A DNA stretch of 32,000 bases, from positions 630,001 to 662,000 of the forward strand of contig NZ_CP046533.1 of NCBI RefSeq assembly GCF_014857065.1. Direction: 5' to 3'. The translations under genes were made by a program, and so were the position numbers. The stretch comes from Candidatus Saccharimonadota bacterium (GTDB lineage: Bacteria > Pseudomonadota > Gammaproteobacteria > Enterobacterales > Enterobacteriaceae). The stretch's first letter is position 1; every line of letters starts with the position of its first letter. Shown here one piece after another: positions 10,985 through 22,497 of this stretch. A model generated the notes under the pieces. It ran no database searches. It had not been told where the DNA came from and saw nothing but the letters and a program-made list of their open reading frames with translations.

Positions 10985-12121
10985 TTAAATTATTAAAAGT
11001 TCCATAATTCTTTGGTATATCATACTAAGTGAATATAGGTCATTGACATTAACGCATTCATTTATTTTATGAATTGTTTTATTAATTAGGCCTAGTTCTA
11101 CAATTTCAGTATTTTGCATTTGAGAAATAAATCTTCCATCAGAAGTTCCGCCTGATATTGAGATTTGTGGCGTAATTTTTTGGTAATATTTAATTGTTTT
11201 ACTTACAGCATCTACTAAATCACCATTATGACTTAAATAAGGTTGAGCGGATAGATTCCAAAAAATATTAAAGTTTAAATTATATTTTTTTATGATCTCT
11301 TCTACTTGAAAACGCAGATTATTTTCATTAGTTTTATTGTTAAAACGAATATTTAGTTTTATTTTTAATTCTTTAGGTATTAGATTATTTGTTTTTGTTC
11401 CAGCATTTATATTGGTGATTTGCATCGTAGTAGGTGGAGATATTTTGTTATTTGCATCCCATGTTTGAGATATTAAATCATTTAAAATTGGTACTGTTAA
11501 ATGTATGGGATTTTTGGCTAAATGTGGGTAGGCTACGTGTCCTTGTATACCATGTATTTGTATAGTTCCGTTTAATGAACCTCTTCGTCCATTTTTAATT
11601 GTGTCACCTATTTGGTAAATACTAGATGGTTCTCCAATCAAACAATAGTCAATGTGTTTTTTATTATTTATTAGGTATTGAATAATTTTTTTTGTACCGT
11701 TTTTTGCTATACCTTCTTCGTCAGATGTAATTAGAAAGAAGATTTTACCTTTATGATTAGGAAATTTATAAATAAATCTTTCAGTTGCTGTTATCATGGA
11801 GGCTATAGCTCCTTTCATATCTATTGATCCTCGTCCGTATAAAATATTTTTGTGCAATGATCCTCCAAAGGGTGGATGGGACCAATCTTTAATATTACCG
11901 CTTGGAACTACATCTGTATGCCCAGAAAATGCTAAAGTTTTTCCTTCTCCTTCTCCTCTCCATGCTAAAAAATTTGAAGTATCAGCGAAATTAATTTGTT
12001 TTATATTAAAATCTAAATTTTTTAATCGATTGATTAAAATAGATTGACAGCCGTTGTCATTTGGACTAATTGATTGTCGCTTAATTAATTGTATAGTTAA
12101 TTTAATAATAGAATGTAACAT
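10985..12121 (-). CDS. dapE: succinyl-diaminopimelate desuccinylase
   Basis: 378 aa versus 375 aa in E. coli. Metal-ligand contexts GHTDVVP, GRGSIDMKG, TSDEEG, IGEPS, TIHKINE. Full-length colinearity. Confidence 0.93.
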   Translation of the reverse strand: MLHSIIKLTIQLIKRQSISPNDNGCQSILINRLKNLDFNIKQINFADTSNFLAWRGEGEGKTLAFSGHTDVVPSGNIKDWSHPPFGGSLHKNILYGRGSIDMKGAIASMITATERFIYKFPNHKGKIFFLITSDEEGIAKNGTKKIIQYLINNKKHIDYCLIGEPSSIYQIGDTIKNGRRGSLNGTIQIHGIQGHVAYPHLAKNPIHLTVPILNDLISQTWDANNKISPPTTMQITNINAGTKTNNLIPKELKIKLNIRFNNKTNENNLRFQVEEIIKKYNLNFNIFWNLSAQPYLSHNGDLVDAVSKTIKYYQKITPQISISGGTSDGRFISQMQNTEIVELGLINKTIHKINECVNVNDLYSLSMIYQRIMELLII

Positions 12122-12177
12122 TGTAATATATTTTGGGATAATGGTTTAATTTAAAACTAAATTTTAGATTTAAATTA

Positions 12178-14175
12178 TTATTTCTTTAATAATTTATGTG
12201 CTTTTAATATTATATTTTCTACAGTAAAACCAAACAGTTCAAATAATTTTTTTGCTGGTGCAGATTTTCCAAAGGTTTTCATGCCAATTATTATTCCGTC
12301 TAACCCGACATATTTATACCAACAATCCGTACTTCCAGCTTCAATGGCAATGCGTGCTTTCACAGAGTCAGGTAGTATAGTTTTTTTATATATTTGGTCT
12401 TGTTGTTCAAAGATATACGTAGAAGGCATAGATACAACTCTTATATTAAATCCTTCATTTTTTAATTTTTGATAAGCTTCAACTGCTAATTCTACTTCCG
12501 ATCCTGTAGCGATAAGAATAAGTTCAGGAAGAGTTTGACAATCTTTCAAAATATAACCACCACGGGAAATGTATTCTAATTGTTTTTCATTACGCATTTG
12601 TTGTTTTAGATTTTGTCTTGAAAGTATTAGGGCAGTTGGTCCTTTGCAATTTTCAATTGCGTTTTTCCATGCTATCGCAGTTTCTACTTGATCGCATGGT
12701 CTCCAACAATTGATATTAGGAGTCATTCTGAGAGATGCTAATTGCTCTATAGGTTGGTGAGTGGGCCCATCTTCTCCTACGCCGATGGAGTCATGTGTAT
12801 AAATCATTATATGCCTACTTTTCATCAATGCAGCCATGCGTACAGCGTTACGTGCATAATCAATAAATGTTAAAAATGTTGCAGTATAAGGTATAAATCC
12901 CCCATAATTTGCAATGCCATTGCCTATAGCTGTCATTCCGAATTCTCTTACACCATAGTGTATATAGTTGCCTGCATGGTTATCAGTTATAGATACGGAT
13001 TTAGACCAAGTGGTTAGATTACTTGGTGTTAAATCTGCTGATCCGCCAAGTAATTCTGGCAATATGGTACCAAGAATTTCCAACGTATTTTGCGAAGATT
13101 GTCGAGTAGCTATTGTTTTAGGATTATCTTGTAAAAATTTAATAAATTTTTTTATTTTTCTTTGCCAATCCTTAGGTAACTTTTTTTGTATTCGACGACA
13201 TAATTCTTTTGCTAGAATTGGATATTTTTTTGCGTAGTTGTTAAATTGTAATTGCCAATTAAGTTCTTTTTCTTGTCCCTTTTTTTTAGCATCCCAGTGC
13301 TGATAAATATCATCTGGTATTATAAAGCTTTCTGATTTCCAATTTAAGGCAATACGAGTAGCAGCAATTTCTTCTTTTCCTAATGGAGCGCCATGTGCAT
13401 TACTAGTGCCACTTTTTTTTGGGGACCCAAAAGCAATGATAGTTTTACAAATTATTAATGTTGGTTTATTTGTAACAGATCTAGCGTTTTCAATTGCAGC
13501 TTTGATATCGTTGCTATTGTGACCATTTATGTCGGATATTACCTGCCAACCGTATGCTTTAAAGCGCTTTTCTGTATCGTCTTTAAACCATCTGTTTATT
13601 TTTCCGTCGATAGAAATGCCATTGGAATCGTAGAACGCTATTAGTTTACCTAGTTTCATGGTTCCTGCTAGAGAACATGCCTCATGTGAAATACCTTCCA
13701 TCATGCAACCATCACCTAAAAATACATAGGTATAATGATCTATTATGTTAAATTCATCACGATTGAATTGTGAAGATAAAATGTGTTCTCCAATAGCTAA
13801 ACCTACAGCATTAGCTACTCCCTGACCTAACGGTCCAGTTGTTGTTTCAATTCCATCATCATGATTGAACTCTGGGTGTCCGGGTGTTTTAGAATTTAAT
13901 TGTCTAAAATTTTTTAATTCTTCTATTGATAAATTGTATCCTGTTAGGTGCAGTATACTGTATAGTAACATAGATGCATGTCCATTAGAAAGTACAAAAC
14001 GATCACGATTTAACCATAATGGGTTTTTAGGATTGTGGTTCATATAGTCTCGCCATAATACTTCTGCGATATCAGCCATACCCATTGGTGCGCCTGGATG
14101 TCCAGATTCTGCTTTTTGTATTGCGTCTATACTTAAAAAACGAATTGCATTAGCAAGTTTTTTTCTTAATTTCAT
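12178..14175 (-). CDS. tktB: transketolase (TktB-like paralog)
   Basis: 665 aa. [43 protein letters not shown]. Paralog-diagnostic stretches agree with E. coli TktB rather than TktA: [51 protein letters not shown]. It lies 23 nt downstream of talA with AGGAG 9 nt before the ATG, i.e. the talA-tktB operon arrangement. Confidence 0.93.
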   Translation of the reverse strand: MKLRKKLANAIRFLSIDAIQKAESGHPGAPMGMADIAEVLWRDYMNHNPKNPLWLNRDRFVLSNGHASMLLYSILHLTGYNLSIEELKNFRQLNSKTPGHPEFNHDDGIETTTGPLGQGVANAVGLAIGEHILSSQFNRDEFNIIDHYTYVFLGDGCMMEGISHEACSLAGTMKLGKLIAFYDSNGISIDGKINRWFKDDTEKRFKAYGWQVISDINGHNSNDIKAAIENARSVTNKPTLIICKTIIAFGSPKKSGTSNAHGAPLGKEEIAATRIALNWKSESFIIPDDIYQHWDAKKKGQEKELNWQLQFNNYAKKYPILAKELCRRIQKKLPKDWQRKIKKFIKFLQDNPKTIATRQSSQNTLEILGTILPELLGGSADLTPSNLTTWSKSVSITDNHAGNYIHYGVREFGMTAIGNGIANYGGFIPYTATFLTFIDYARNAVRMAALMKSRHIMIYTHDSIGVGEDGPTHQPIEQLASLRMTPNINCWRPCDQVETAIAWKNAIENCKGPTALILSRQNLKQQMRNEKQLEYISRGGYILKDCQTLPELILIATGSEVELAVEAYQKLKNEGFNIRVVSMPSTYIFEQQDQIYKKTILPDSVKARIAIEAGSTDCWYKYVGLDGIIIGMKTFGKSAPAKKLFELFGFTVENIILKAHKLLKK

Positions 14176-14198
14176 CGAGATGTACTCCTATAATTGTT

Positions 14199-15155
14199 TC
14201 ATAGTGCCTTATCCAAAAGCATTTCTAATTTTTCTTGATCTATTGTAAATAAACGTATTCCTTCAGATAGTTTTTCTACTGCCATTATATCTTTATTGTG
14301 TTTATGGTGGAATTCAGTTTCTGAAAGAAATATTGGTTTAATATTAGATATTGGGTTGATTGTAGGGAATAGTTTTTGTTGGATGTCTTGATTATTATTA
14401 ATTAATATATTTAGAAAGAATGGAGAAATTGTTAATTTATCACATCCCGCTAAAGCTAGTATCTGTTCTATTTTGCGAAAACTAGCACCCATAATTACAG
14501 TTTGATAATGATGTTTTTTATAGTAGTCGTATATTTTTTTTATTGATTTCACTCCAGGGTCGTTATCGACTGAATATTGTATAAATGGTTTTTTTTGATT
14601 GTACCAATCATAGATGCGACCAACAAATGGAGAAATTAAAAATACTTCAGATTCTGCACAAGCACGTGCTTGTGCAAATGAGAAAATAAGTGTTAAATTG
14701 CAATTTATTTTTTCTTTTTTTAATTGTTCTGCAGTTTTTATACCTTCCCATGTTGCTGCGATTTTAATAAGAATACGTGATCTATTGATGTTTTGTTCTT
14801 CATATAATTTAATTATTTTTCTAGCTTTTTTTATAGTTTTTTCATAATCAAAAGAAAGTCGTGCATCTATTTCAGTCGAAATAAGACCTGGTATATATTC
14901 TAGTATATGTGATCCAATATTCACTATTAGTTTATCAGCAGCATTGGTTATTTGATAACGTTTGTCACCTCCTATTTTTTTTGCAAATTCTAATGCATTT
15001 TCTAAAAGTTTTTGATAGGATCCGCAATTAATTGTTTTTAAAATAAGAGACGGATTGGTGGTGACATCTTGTGGTTGAAATTTTTTGATTTCTTCTATAT
15101 TTCCACTATCTACTACAATAGTACTGAATTGTTTTAGTTTTTCTAATTGATTCAT
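14199..15155 (-). CDS. talA: transaldolase (TalA-like paralog)
   Basis: 318 aa. DVTTNPSLIL, Schiff-base Lys in RILIKIAATWEG, NCNLTLIFSFAQARACAE, FLISPFVGRIYDWY. TalA-type signatures (ARLSFD, TWEGI, GRIYDWY, AVEKLSEGIRLF) rather than TalB. GAGGAG lies 5 nt upstream of the ATG. Confidence 0.93.
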   Translation of the reverse strand: MNQLEKLKQFSTIVVDSGNIEEIKKFQPQDVTTNPSLILKTINCGSYQKLLENALEFAKKIGGDKRYQITNAADKLIVNIGSHILEYIPGLISTEIDARLSFDYEKTIKKARKIIKLYEEQNINRSRILIKIAATWEGIKTAEQLKKEKINCNLTLIFSFAQARACAESEVFLISPFVGRIYDWYNQKKPFIQYSVDNDPGVKSIKKIYDYYKKHHYQTVIMGASFRKIEQILALAGCDKLTISPFFLNILINNNQDIQQKLFPTINPISNIKPIFLSETEFHHKHNKDIMAVEKLSEGIRLFTIDQEKLEMLLDKAL

Positions 15156-15282
15156 TTCAACTCCTCAACTTACATAATAGTATGAAAATATTTCATTATT
15201 GAACTATGATTTATGCATATGAGAATAAGAATTGAATTTATTGGGTAATTTAAACATTTAATTAAAAATTAGAAATTTCATT

Positions 15283-15588
15283 TTATTTATTATTTTATTT
15301 TGTTTATTAATATACAATTAATCCATTATCCTTATCCTTATTCATTTCATGGTGGTATATATTGTGTTAATTCTAAATTCAATTATGAGATTTTAAATTA
15401 ACAATCGGTATTGAATAATTTTAATTTTATTTTATATATAGTATACATGTAGCATATTTATATGTCACTGAATTATTTAAGAATTTGAATTAATAATTTA
15501 TCAGGTTACAATTTATTTTAATTATTTATTATTTTATTAATTAGAAAATAATTTATTTATTAATAATTTATTATTTATTATTTTCATT
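15283..15588. repeat. three copies of the T/A motif TTATTTATTATTTT within one spacer
   Basis: Read directly. Copies start at 15283 and 15522 (17 nt identical, TTATTTATTATTTTATT) and at 15571 (first 14 nt identical). Low-complexity slippage or duplication in non-coding DNA; no function implied. Confidence 0.5.
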
Positions 15589-16199
15589 GGTTACTTATTT
15601 TGAAAATTTATTATATGTTATTATATTAATATCTAAAATAAATAAATTATTGCTCAATTCAATTTTAATAACGTTTTAAATTATTTACTTATTTATTGTA
15701 ATTTTGATTTTATTTTATTAATGGAATAAGAGATGTTATGTTATTTAATTATTACTTTGCCAAATTTAATTATTAAATTTTATGATTTATGTGTCTTATA
15801 TAATTGAAATGGTAATATGGTATGTATTGATGTTAGTTTTCATATATGAATTTTATTTTTCTCAACAGATTTAGAACACGTTTTCCCAAAATTTACGTGA
15901 TTTGAATTATTGAAATTTAATTTTTATTGATATTATGATAGTTTTGGATTTTTTTTGATATTTTATGTTAAATATTTTCGACATAAAATATTGTTATGTA
16001 TGATTTTTATGTCATTTAATGTATATTTTAGATACTTAGTTAAATATTTTGCAATCTTGGTTATAAATTATTAGTTCTAAATTTGGCATCCTGTATTACT
16101 TTTAATGAATGTTGTTCTTAAAAGTATATTTAAGTTTATTATTAATATTTGTATTTAAATTAATAATTATAAGATGATTTAATAAATGTTTGGTAGCAT

Positions 16200-17240
16200 A
16201 TGTTTTTGAGATATTTCATATATAAATTTTTAAGACAATTTTTTATGGGTTGTTCATTCTGTATATGCGTTCAATTGGAAGCTACAGTATTATTAAATAG
16301 TTCTTATGATATCTCTCGAGAATTATTTACTGCACTTAATTCAGAATTTGTTGTAGAATGGCAACGCAAACATCCTAATGATAAATTGTTAATTCGTCAA
16401 TCTCATGCTGCTTCAACTAAACAAGTTATGTCCGTTTTGCATGGTCTTCGTGCTGATGTAGTAACCTATAATCAGTTTATAGATGTACAAACTTTATATG
16501 AGCGTGGTCGTTTGATTCCTTTTGATTGGCAAAAACGATTACCTAACAACAGTTCTCCATTTTATTCTACTATGATTTTTTTAGTACGAAAAGGTAATCC
16601 TAAGAATATTAATGATTGGCATGATTTAGCACGTGATGGCATAAAATTAATTTTTTCTAATCCTAAGATATCTGGTAGTGGTCGTTATGCATATTTGGCT
16701 GCATGGGGGGTAATTTCTCAAAAATTTAAAGGAGATCAGAATAAAATTCGTTCTTGGATGTCTAAATTTCTTAAAAATGTTGAAGTATTTGATATTGGTG
16801 GACGTAATGCTACTACTACTTTTATTGAGCGCGGTCAAGGAGATGTTTTGATAAGTTTTGAATCAGAATTATGTAATATCATTAATCAATATAAGACCAA
16901 TGATTATGAAGTTGTTATACCTAAAGTTAGTATTTTTGCTGAATTTCCAGTAACTTGGATAGATAAAAATGTCGATAAAAATGGCACTAGAGAAGTTGCT
17001 ATTGACTATTTAAATTATCTTTATAGTAAATCTGCACAAGAAATCATTGTTAAATTTTATTATCGTGTACATTCAATTAATCTCATGCGTAAAAATATGA
17101 ATAGATTTCCTGTAATTCGGATGTTTAAAGTCGAAGATTACTTTGGTAATTGGCAAACAGTTATGGATATTCATTTTAGTGTTGGTGGTGAGTTAGATCA
17201 ATTATTGAAAAATGGGCGTTGTTATGCTTTTAATAACTAA
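16200..17240 (+). CDS. cysP: periplasmic thiosulfate/sulfate-binding protein
   Basis: 346 aa. LLNSSYDISRELF, QSHAAS, ADVVTYNQ, RLPNNSSPFYSTMIFLVRKGNPKNI, VLISFESE and GGELDQLL align with E. coli CysP, closer than to Sbp. First gene of the cysPUWA block. The N-terminal signal-like region is Cys/Phe-rich. An alternative ATG exists at 16245. Confidence 0.9.
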   Translation: MFLRYFIYKFLRQFFMGCSFCICVQLEATVLLNSSYDISRELFTALNSEFVVEWQRKHPNDKLLIRQSHAASTKQVMSVLHGLRADVVTYNQFIDVQTLYERGRLIPFDWQKRLPNNSSPFYSTMIFLVRKGNPKNINDWHDLARDGIKLIFSNPKISGSGRYAYLAAWGVISQKFKGDQNKIRSWMSKFLKNVEVFDIGGRNATTTFIERGQGDVLISFESELCNIINQYKTNDYEVVIPKVSIFAEFPVTWIDKNVDKNGTREVAIDYLNYLYSKSAQEIIVKFYYRVHSINLMRKNMNRFPVIRMFKVEDYFGNWQTVMDIHFSVGGELDQLLKNGRCYAFNN

Positions 17241-18054
17241 ATCTATATTTCCTTGTTTTAGAATAAGTTTTGGTAGTAGTTTGTTTTTTATTTGTTTAAT
17301 TTTTTTATTACCTTTAAGTGCATTAGTAATGCAATTAGCTCAGATGAGTTTATCTCAATATTGGAAGATAATAACTGATCCAGAATTAGTGGTTGCTTAT
17401 CAAGTAACTTTTTTATCTGCTACTATAGCGGCTTTATTTAATGCAGTATTCGGATTATTAATATCATGGATATTAATTCGTTATCGTTTTCCAGGAAAAT
17501 TTTTATTGGATGCGTTAATAGATTTACCATTTGCTTTACCAACAGCTGTTGCAGGTTTGACTTTATCAACTTTATTTTCTGTAACAGGTTGGTATGGAGA
17601 ATTTTTAGATAAATTAGGTATAAAAATTTCTTATACTTGGTTAGGTATAGTTATAGCTATGATCTTTACCAGCGTTTCTTTTGTAATACGTACTGTTGAA
17701 CCAGTGTTGGATTCTCTTGATCAAGAATATGAAGAAGTTGCTGAAACACTTGGCGCAAATAATTGGCAGATTTTTTCTAAAATTATTTTCCCAGAAATAG
17801 CTCCAGCATTTTTAATGGGCATTATTTTATCTTTTATTCGTAGCTTAGGTGAGTTTGGTGCTGTAATTTTTATTTCTGGTAATATTGCTTGGAAGACTGA
17901 AGTTGTATCTTTGATGATTTTTATTAAATTGCAAGAATTTGATTATCCTGCAGCTAGTGCTATTGCTTCAGTAATTTTAGCATCCTCATTATTTTTATTG
18001 TTTATGGCAAATATAATGCAATCTTATTTTAGTATGAGGATAAGAAGTAATTGA
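17212..18054 (+). CDS. cysU: sulfate/thiosulfate ABC transporter permease CysU (CysT)
   Basis: LLPLSALVMQLAQMS, DLPFALPTAVAGLTL, EYEEVAETLGA, SLGEFGAVIFISGNIAWKTEV and QEFDYPAASAIASVIL are near-identical to E. coli CysU. The start is either ATG 17212 or ATG 17224 (the latter gives the closer N-terminal length). Both overlap the cysP stop (17238-17240), suggesting translational coupling. Confidence 0.92.
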   Translation: MGVVMLLITKSIFPCFRISFGSSLFFICLIFLLPLSALVMQLAQMSLSQYWKIITDPELVVAYQVTFLSATIAALFNAVFGLLISWILIRYRFPGKFLLDALIDLPFALPTAVAGLTLSTLFSVTGWYGEFLDKLGIKISYTWLGIVIAMIFTSVSFVIRTVEPVLDSLDQEYEEVAETLGANNWQIFSKIIFPEIAPAFLMGIILSFIRSLGEFGAVIFISGNIAWKTEVVSLMIFIKLQEFDYPAASAIASVILASSLFLLFMANIMQSYFSMRIRSN

Positions 18055-18896
18055 TGTTTAATTTTTTTACTTTAGATAGAAAATTTTTTTTCAAGTATGA
18101 ATACCATAAGCTTTTATTGATTAGTTTAGGAATGGTTATTTCAGTGTTTTTATTATTAGTGCCCGTAATTTTTATTTTTTTGATTGCTTGTTCAGAAGGA
18201 TGGATGATTTTATGGAATAATTTAAATAATTCAGATATGTTGCATGCAATTGAGTTAACATTATTTATTTCATTAATTAGTGTTCCAGTGAATTTAATTT
18301 TTGGTATTTTATTTTCTTGGTTAATTACTAGGTTTAATTTTTATGGTCGTCAATTATTATTGATATTAATTGATTTACCTTTTATTCTATCCCCAGTTAT
18401 TGTTGGTTTATTGTATTTGTTATTTTATAATAATAGTAGTTTTATAGGTGATTTATTATATCAGTGTGATGTGAATATAGTGTTCGCATGGCCTGGAATG
18501 TTGTTAGTGACTATTTTTGTTACTTCTCCTTTTGTAATACATGAAGTTATGCCTTTGATGTTGAATCAAGGTAGTCAAGAAGATGAAGCGGCTATATTAT
18601 TAGGTGCTTCATCTTGGCAAATGTTTCGTTTTGTTACTTTGCCTAATATTCGATTATCCTTGATTTATGGGGCAATTCTTACAAATGCACGTGCTATTGG
18701 AGAATTTGGTGCAGTATCTGTTATATCTGGTTTAATTAGGGGCGAAACTTGTACTTTGTCTTTACAAGTAGAATTATTATACCAAGATTATAACATTGTA
18801 GGTGCATTTGCAGCTGCTTCATTATTAGCAATAATTTCGATCTTTATATTGTTTTTTAAGAAAATTGTACAATGGCGTATTATGTGTAATTTATAA
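18054..18896 (+). CDS. cysW: sulfate/thiosulfate ABC transporter permease CysW
   Basis: DMLHAIELT, PVNLIFGIL, TRFNFYGRQLL, QGSQEDEAAILLGAS and NARAIGEFGAVSVISG match E. coli CysW. The ATG at 18054 overlaps the cysU stop TGA (18052-18054) in a TGATG coupling junction. The ORF-track start 18051 is a TTG one codon earlier. Confidence 0.92.
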   Translation: MFNFFTLDRKFFFKYEYHKLLLISLGMVISVFLLLVPVIFIFLIACSEGWMILWNNLNNSDMLHAIELTLFISLISVPVNLIFGILFSWLITRFNFYGRQLLLILIDLPFILSPVIVGLLYLLFYNNSSFIGDLLYQCDVNIVFAWPGMLLVTIFVTSPFVIHEVMPLMLNQGSQEDEAAILLGASSWQMFRFVTLPNIRLSLIYGAILTNARAIGEFGAVSVISGLIRGETCTLSLQVELLYQDYNIVGAFAAASLLAIISIFILFFKKIVQWRIMCNL

Positions 18897-18920
18897 TAAT
18901 TTATATTTTAGAAGAGTTTT

Positions 18921-19997
18921 ATGAGTATTGAAATTATCAATATAAATAAATTGTTTAATAAAATTCAAATTTTAAATAATATTTCATTAAAAGTTCATTC
19001 TGGCCAAATGGTAGCTTTATTGGGTCCGTCTGGTTCAGGAAAGACTACATTATTACGTATTATTGCAGGTTTGGAGGGTCATGATAGTGGTTCTATTATC
19101 TTTGCTGGCCAAGATGTTAGTAATGTTCATGTTCGTGACCGTAAGGTGGGTTTTGTCTTTCAGCATTATGCTTTGTTTCGTCATATGACAGTTTTTGATA
19201 ATATTGCTTTTGGTATAAAAATATTGCCTCGCTCCAAAAGACCAAAAGGATTATCTATTAGTTGTAGGGTAAAGGAGTTATTAGAAATGGTACAGTTGGG
19301 AAATTTAGCTAATCGTTATCCATCTCAGTTATCTGGTGGCCAAAAACAGCGTGTTGCTTTAGCTCGTGCTCTTGCTGTTAATCCTAAAGTTTTGTTATTA
19401 GATGAACCATTTGGTGCTTTAGATGTACAGGTTCGTAAAGAATTACGCCGTTGGTTACGTTGCCTTCATAAAGAATTAGGGTTTACCGGTATTTTTGTTA
19501 CTCATGATCAAGAAGAAGCTATGGAAATAGCAGATAGAATAATAATTATGAATTATGGTAATATTGAGCAAATTGGTACTCCTCAAGATGTTTGGTGTTT
19601 TCCAGCTAATAGATTTGTTTTAGAATTTTTAGGAGATACTAATAGATTAGTGGGAAAGATAAGTGGATCGAAATTGTTTATAGGTGATTATTATTTGCCG
19701 TTGTATTATATTCCTAGCTATCAGGGTGAAGTGGAGGTTTTTTTTCGTCCTTGGGAAATGAATATGAGTAAACATCCTAGTGTTCTCTATTTTTTACCTG
19801 TTCAAATTATTGATGTTAGTTTACGAGGGTACTATTATCAATTAAATGTACAACCCCTTGGTCGTTGGCATCAGGGTTTGTTAAGTGTAGTAGTAGTTAA
19901 TGTTAATAGTAATCTAATTCCAAAACAAGGTGATCTTAGATATTTAAGTGGAGAAAATGCCCGATTATATATAGGTCAACAAGCTTTAATTTTGTGA
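18921..19997 (+). CDS. cysA: sulfate/thiosulfate ABC transporter ATPase
   Basis: 358 aa. MSIEI start as in E. coli CysA, Walker [10 protein letters not shown], signature [15 protein letters not shown], Walker [13 protein letters not shown]-loop VTHDQEEA. Confidence 0.95.
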   Translation: MSIEIININKLFNKIQILNNISLKVHSGQMVALLGPSGSGKTTLLRIIAGLEGHDSGSIIFAGQDVSNVHVRDRKVGFVFQHYALFRHMTVFDNIAFGIKILPRSKRPKGLSISCRVKELLEMVQLGNLANRYPSQLSGGQKQRVALARALAVNPKVLLLDEPFGALDVQVRKELRRWLRCLHKELGFTGIFVTHDQEEAMEIADRIIIMNYGNIEQIGTPQDVWCFPANRFVLEFLGDTNRLVGKISGSKLFIGDYYLPLYYIPSYQGEVEVFFRPWEMNMSKHPSVLYFLPVQIIDVSLRGYYYQLNVQPLGRWHQGLLSVVVVNVNSNLIPKQGDLRYLSGENARLYIGQQALIL

Positions 19998-20141
19998 CAT
20001 TGGATTACGTTTAATCAATAAAATTATTAACGTTTTGTTATTTTTATAATTTACGATGTTACAAGTAGTTTTAATTATTTTATGCATAAATTAATTAATG
20101 TTTAGTTGCTTTAGAAGCATAATCAGTTTTACTTAATAATT

Positions 20142-21854
20142 TTATTTTTCACAATCATTAATCAGATAATTTAAGTCTTTTGTAGTTGAATAATGTAATG
20201 CTTTTTCAGCTAAAGATTTTGCATCACTATATTTTGTATTACAAATAATTTTTTTTATTTTTGACATTGACGTAGCATTCATGCTGAATTTATCTAATCC
20301 CATTCCTAATAGTAAGGATGTGGTCTGTTCATTACTCGCCATTTCTCCGCACATACTAGTCCATTTACCTTCTGCATGAGAAGCGTCTATTATTTGTTTT
20401 ATCAATAAAATTATAGATGGTGACAAAGGTTCGTATAGATGTGAGACAAGTTTGTTTCCTCTATCTACAGCTAAAGTATATTGTACTAAATCATTTGTAC
20501 CAATGCTAAAAAAATCTACTTCTTTAGCTAAGTGATGAGCAATTATTGCTGCTGCTGGTGTCTCGATCATTATACCCACTTCAATTTTTTTATCAAACTC
20601 TTTTTTTTCTTTGCTTAATTGATCTTTAAGGAAATTTAATTCTAATTTTAGAGTTTGTATTTCTTCTACTGAGATGATCATAGGGTACATTATACTTAGT
20701 TTTCCAAAATAAGAAGCGCGTAAAATAGCACGTAATTGTGTATGTAATATTTCTTTATTATCTAAAACGATTCGAATTGCTCTCCATCCTAAAAATGGAT
20801 TATCTTCTTTTGGCAATTTAAGGTAAGGCAAATTTTTGTCTCCTCCTATATCTAAAGTTCGTATGATAATACCATCAACAAAAGTCGATTCAGCTATATT
20901 TTTATAAGCTTGAAATTGTTCTTCTTCACTAGGAAATGTAGATCTATTCATAAATAAAAATTCTGTTCGATACAATCCAATACTTCTAGCTCCATTATTT
21001 TTGGCATTTTCAATATCGTGTATGGTGCCGATATTAGCACATATTTCTACTTTATGTTTATCTATAGTAATAGCTGGAAGATTTTTAAATTTTATTAATT
21101 CTTTTTTTTCACATAAATATTTGTTTTTTATTTTTTTTATTTCCTTAATAACTTTTTGGTCTGGATTGATATAAATTTTGTTGTTAATAGAATCTAAAAT
21201 CAAGAAATCTTTATTGTGAACTTGTTTAGTAATGTTACCTGTTCCTACAATAGCTGGTAATTCTAAAGAACGAGCCATAATGGAGGTATGAGAAGTAATT
21301 CCACCATCGTCAGTAATAAATCCTAATATATTTTTTAGATCAAGTTGTACTGTTTCTGATGGTTTTAAATCCGCAGCTACAAGGATTATTTTTTTATTGA
21401 GATTATTTAAATCTACAATTGGTATATTTAGGACGTTTTTTAATAATCTATTCCCTATATCTCTTACGTCAGCAGCACGTTCTTTTAAATACTTATCATC
21501 AAGTTGTTCTAATGCTTTTGCTTGAGTTTCAATTACCATATTAATAGCTGCGTCAGCAGTAATTAATTCTTCTTTTATAAGTGTTATAATATCTTGTTTG
21601 AGTTCTTCATCCTCTAGTAACATTAAATATCCTTCAAATATCGCTTCTTTTTCTTTACCAAACGTTTTATTAGCTTTATTTTTTACTTCTTGTAGTTGTT
21701 GGGAAGTTTTTACTATTCCATTGAGAAAGCGATTGATTTCATTTTTGATGCAATTGTCAGATATTTTTTTTTGATTTATAAATATTTCTTCTTCTTTTAT
21801 TACTAAGGCTTCACCTAAGGCAATGCCAGGTGATACTGAAATTCCTTCAATCAT
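20142..21854 (-). CDS. ptsI: PTS enzyme I
   Basis: 570 aa versus 575 aa in E. coli. Phospho-His context [37 protein letters not shown], catalytic Cys in MCGEMA. AAGGA lies 6 nt before the ATG. 47 nt downstream of ptsH. Confidence 0.95.
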   Translation of the reverse strand: MIEGISVSPGIALGEALVIKEEEIFINQKKISDNCIKNEINRFLNGIVKTSQQLQEVKNKANKTFGKEKEAIFEGYLMLLEDEELKQDIITLIKEELITADAAINMVIETQAKALEQLDDKYLKERAADVRDIGNRLLKNVLNIPIVDLNNLNKKIILVAADLKPSETVQLDLKNILGFITDDGGITSHTSIMARSLELPAIVGTGNITKQVHNKDFLILDSINNKIYINPDQKVIKEIKKIKNKYLCEKKELIKFKNLPAITIDKHKVEICANIGTIHDIENAKNNGARSIGLYRTEFLFMNRSTFPSEEEQFQAYKNIAESTFVDGIIIRTLDIGGDKNLPYLKLPKEDNPFLGWRAIRIVLDNKEILHTQLRAILRASYFGKLSIMYPMIISVEEIQTLKLELNFLKDQLSKEKKEFDKKIEVGIMIETPAAAIIAHHLAKEVDFFSIGTNDLVQYTLAVDRGNKLVSHLYEPLSPSIILLIKQIIDASHAEGKWTSMCGEMASNEQTTSLLLGMGLDKFSMNATSMSKIKKIICNTKYSDAKSLAEKALHYSTTKDLNYLINDCEK

Positions 21855-21901
21855 TATTTTTCCTTATTTAAATTTATTTTATTTTTAGATTTTATGTTTA
21901 T

Positions 21902-22159
21902 TTAATTAAGTTTCGTAATTAATTTTACTAAATATTCGACTGCTTCTTGTTCATCTTCACCCGTTGCAATTATGTTAATAATTGATCCTTGTGTTAATCC
22001 AAGAGTTTGTATCTTAAAAAGACTTTTTGCGCTTGCACTTTTACCATTAGAGATAATAACAATTTCAGAATTGAAATTTTTTGCTTCTTTTACTAATTGA
22101 ACTGCAGGTCTTGTATGTAATCCGTTAGGAGTAGTTATTACAACTTCTTGTTGATACAT
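21902..22159 (-). CDS. ptsH: phosphocarrier protein HPr
   Basis: The ORF track starts at 22171 (MEGK...), but those codons are the Shine-Dalgarno GGAGGG (22169-22164). The ATG at 22159 gives 85 aa, [19 protein letters not shown], the same length as E. coli HPr ([19 protein letters not shown]). His15 and the Ser46 context ([10 protein letters not shown]) are present. Confidence 0.93.
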   Translation of the reverse strand: MYQQEVVITTPNGLHTRPAVQLVKEAKNFNSEIVIISNGKSASAKSLFKIQTLGLTQGSIINIIATGEDEQEAVEYLVKLITKLN

Positions 22160-22497
22160 CTTTCCCTCCATTTTATTTTAGATAAGTTTATAAATTATTT
22201 ATAGTTTTATTTTTTTTAGTTTTCAATATACTTCTAGGTTTTATGACTGTGAATACGAAAAATTTTGTTAATTTTGTTATTAACTACAAGCTATGTATTG
22301 AATTTTAATTGTTTCTGCATGTTATAGATTTTAAAACACTATAATATATTCGCGATTTCATAAATAAGAAATCTGTGTTTTCAATTAAATTTCGACAATA
22401 TTTTAAAATTAGCTAAATATTGAAGTAAGTACAACAATAATTTATTATGTTAAGATGTATTACGTCAAGTATAAAATATTCTCCTTTTTATTTTTTC

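Noticed and set aside
22249-22270. TGTGA half-site upstream of ptsH, considered as a possible CRP site as at the E. coli ptsH promoters.
   Set aside because: The partner half-site (TCACA after 6 nt) is absent; the sequence there is AAAAT. A single pentamer is not evidence.
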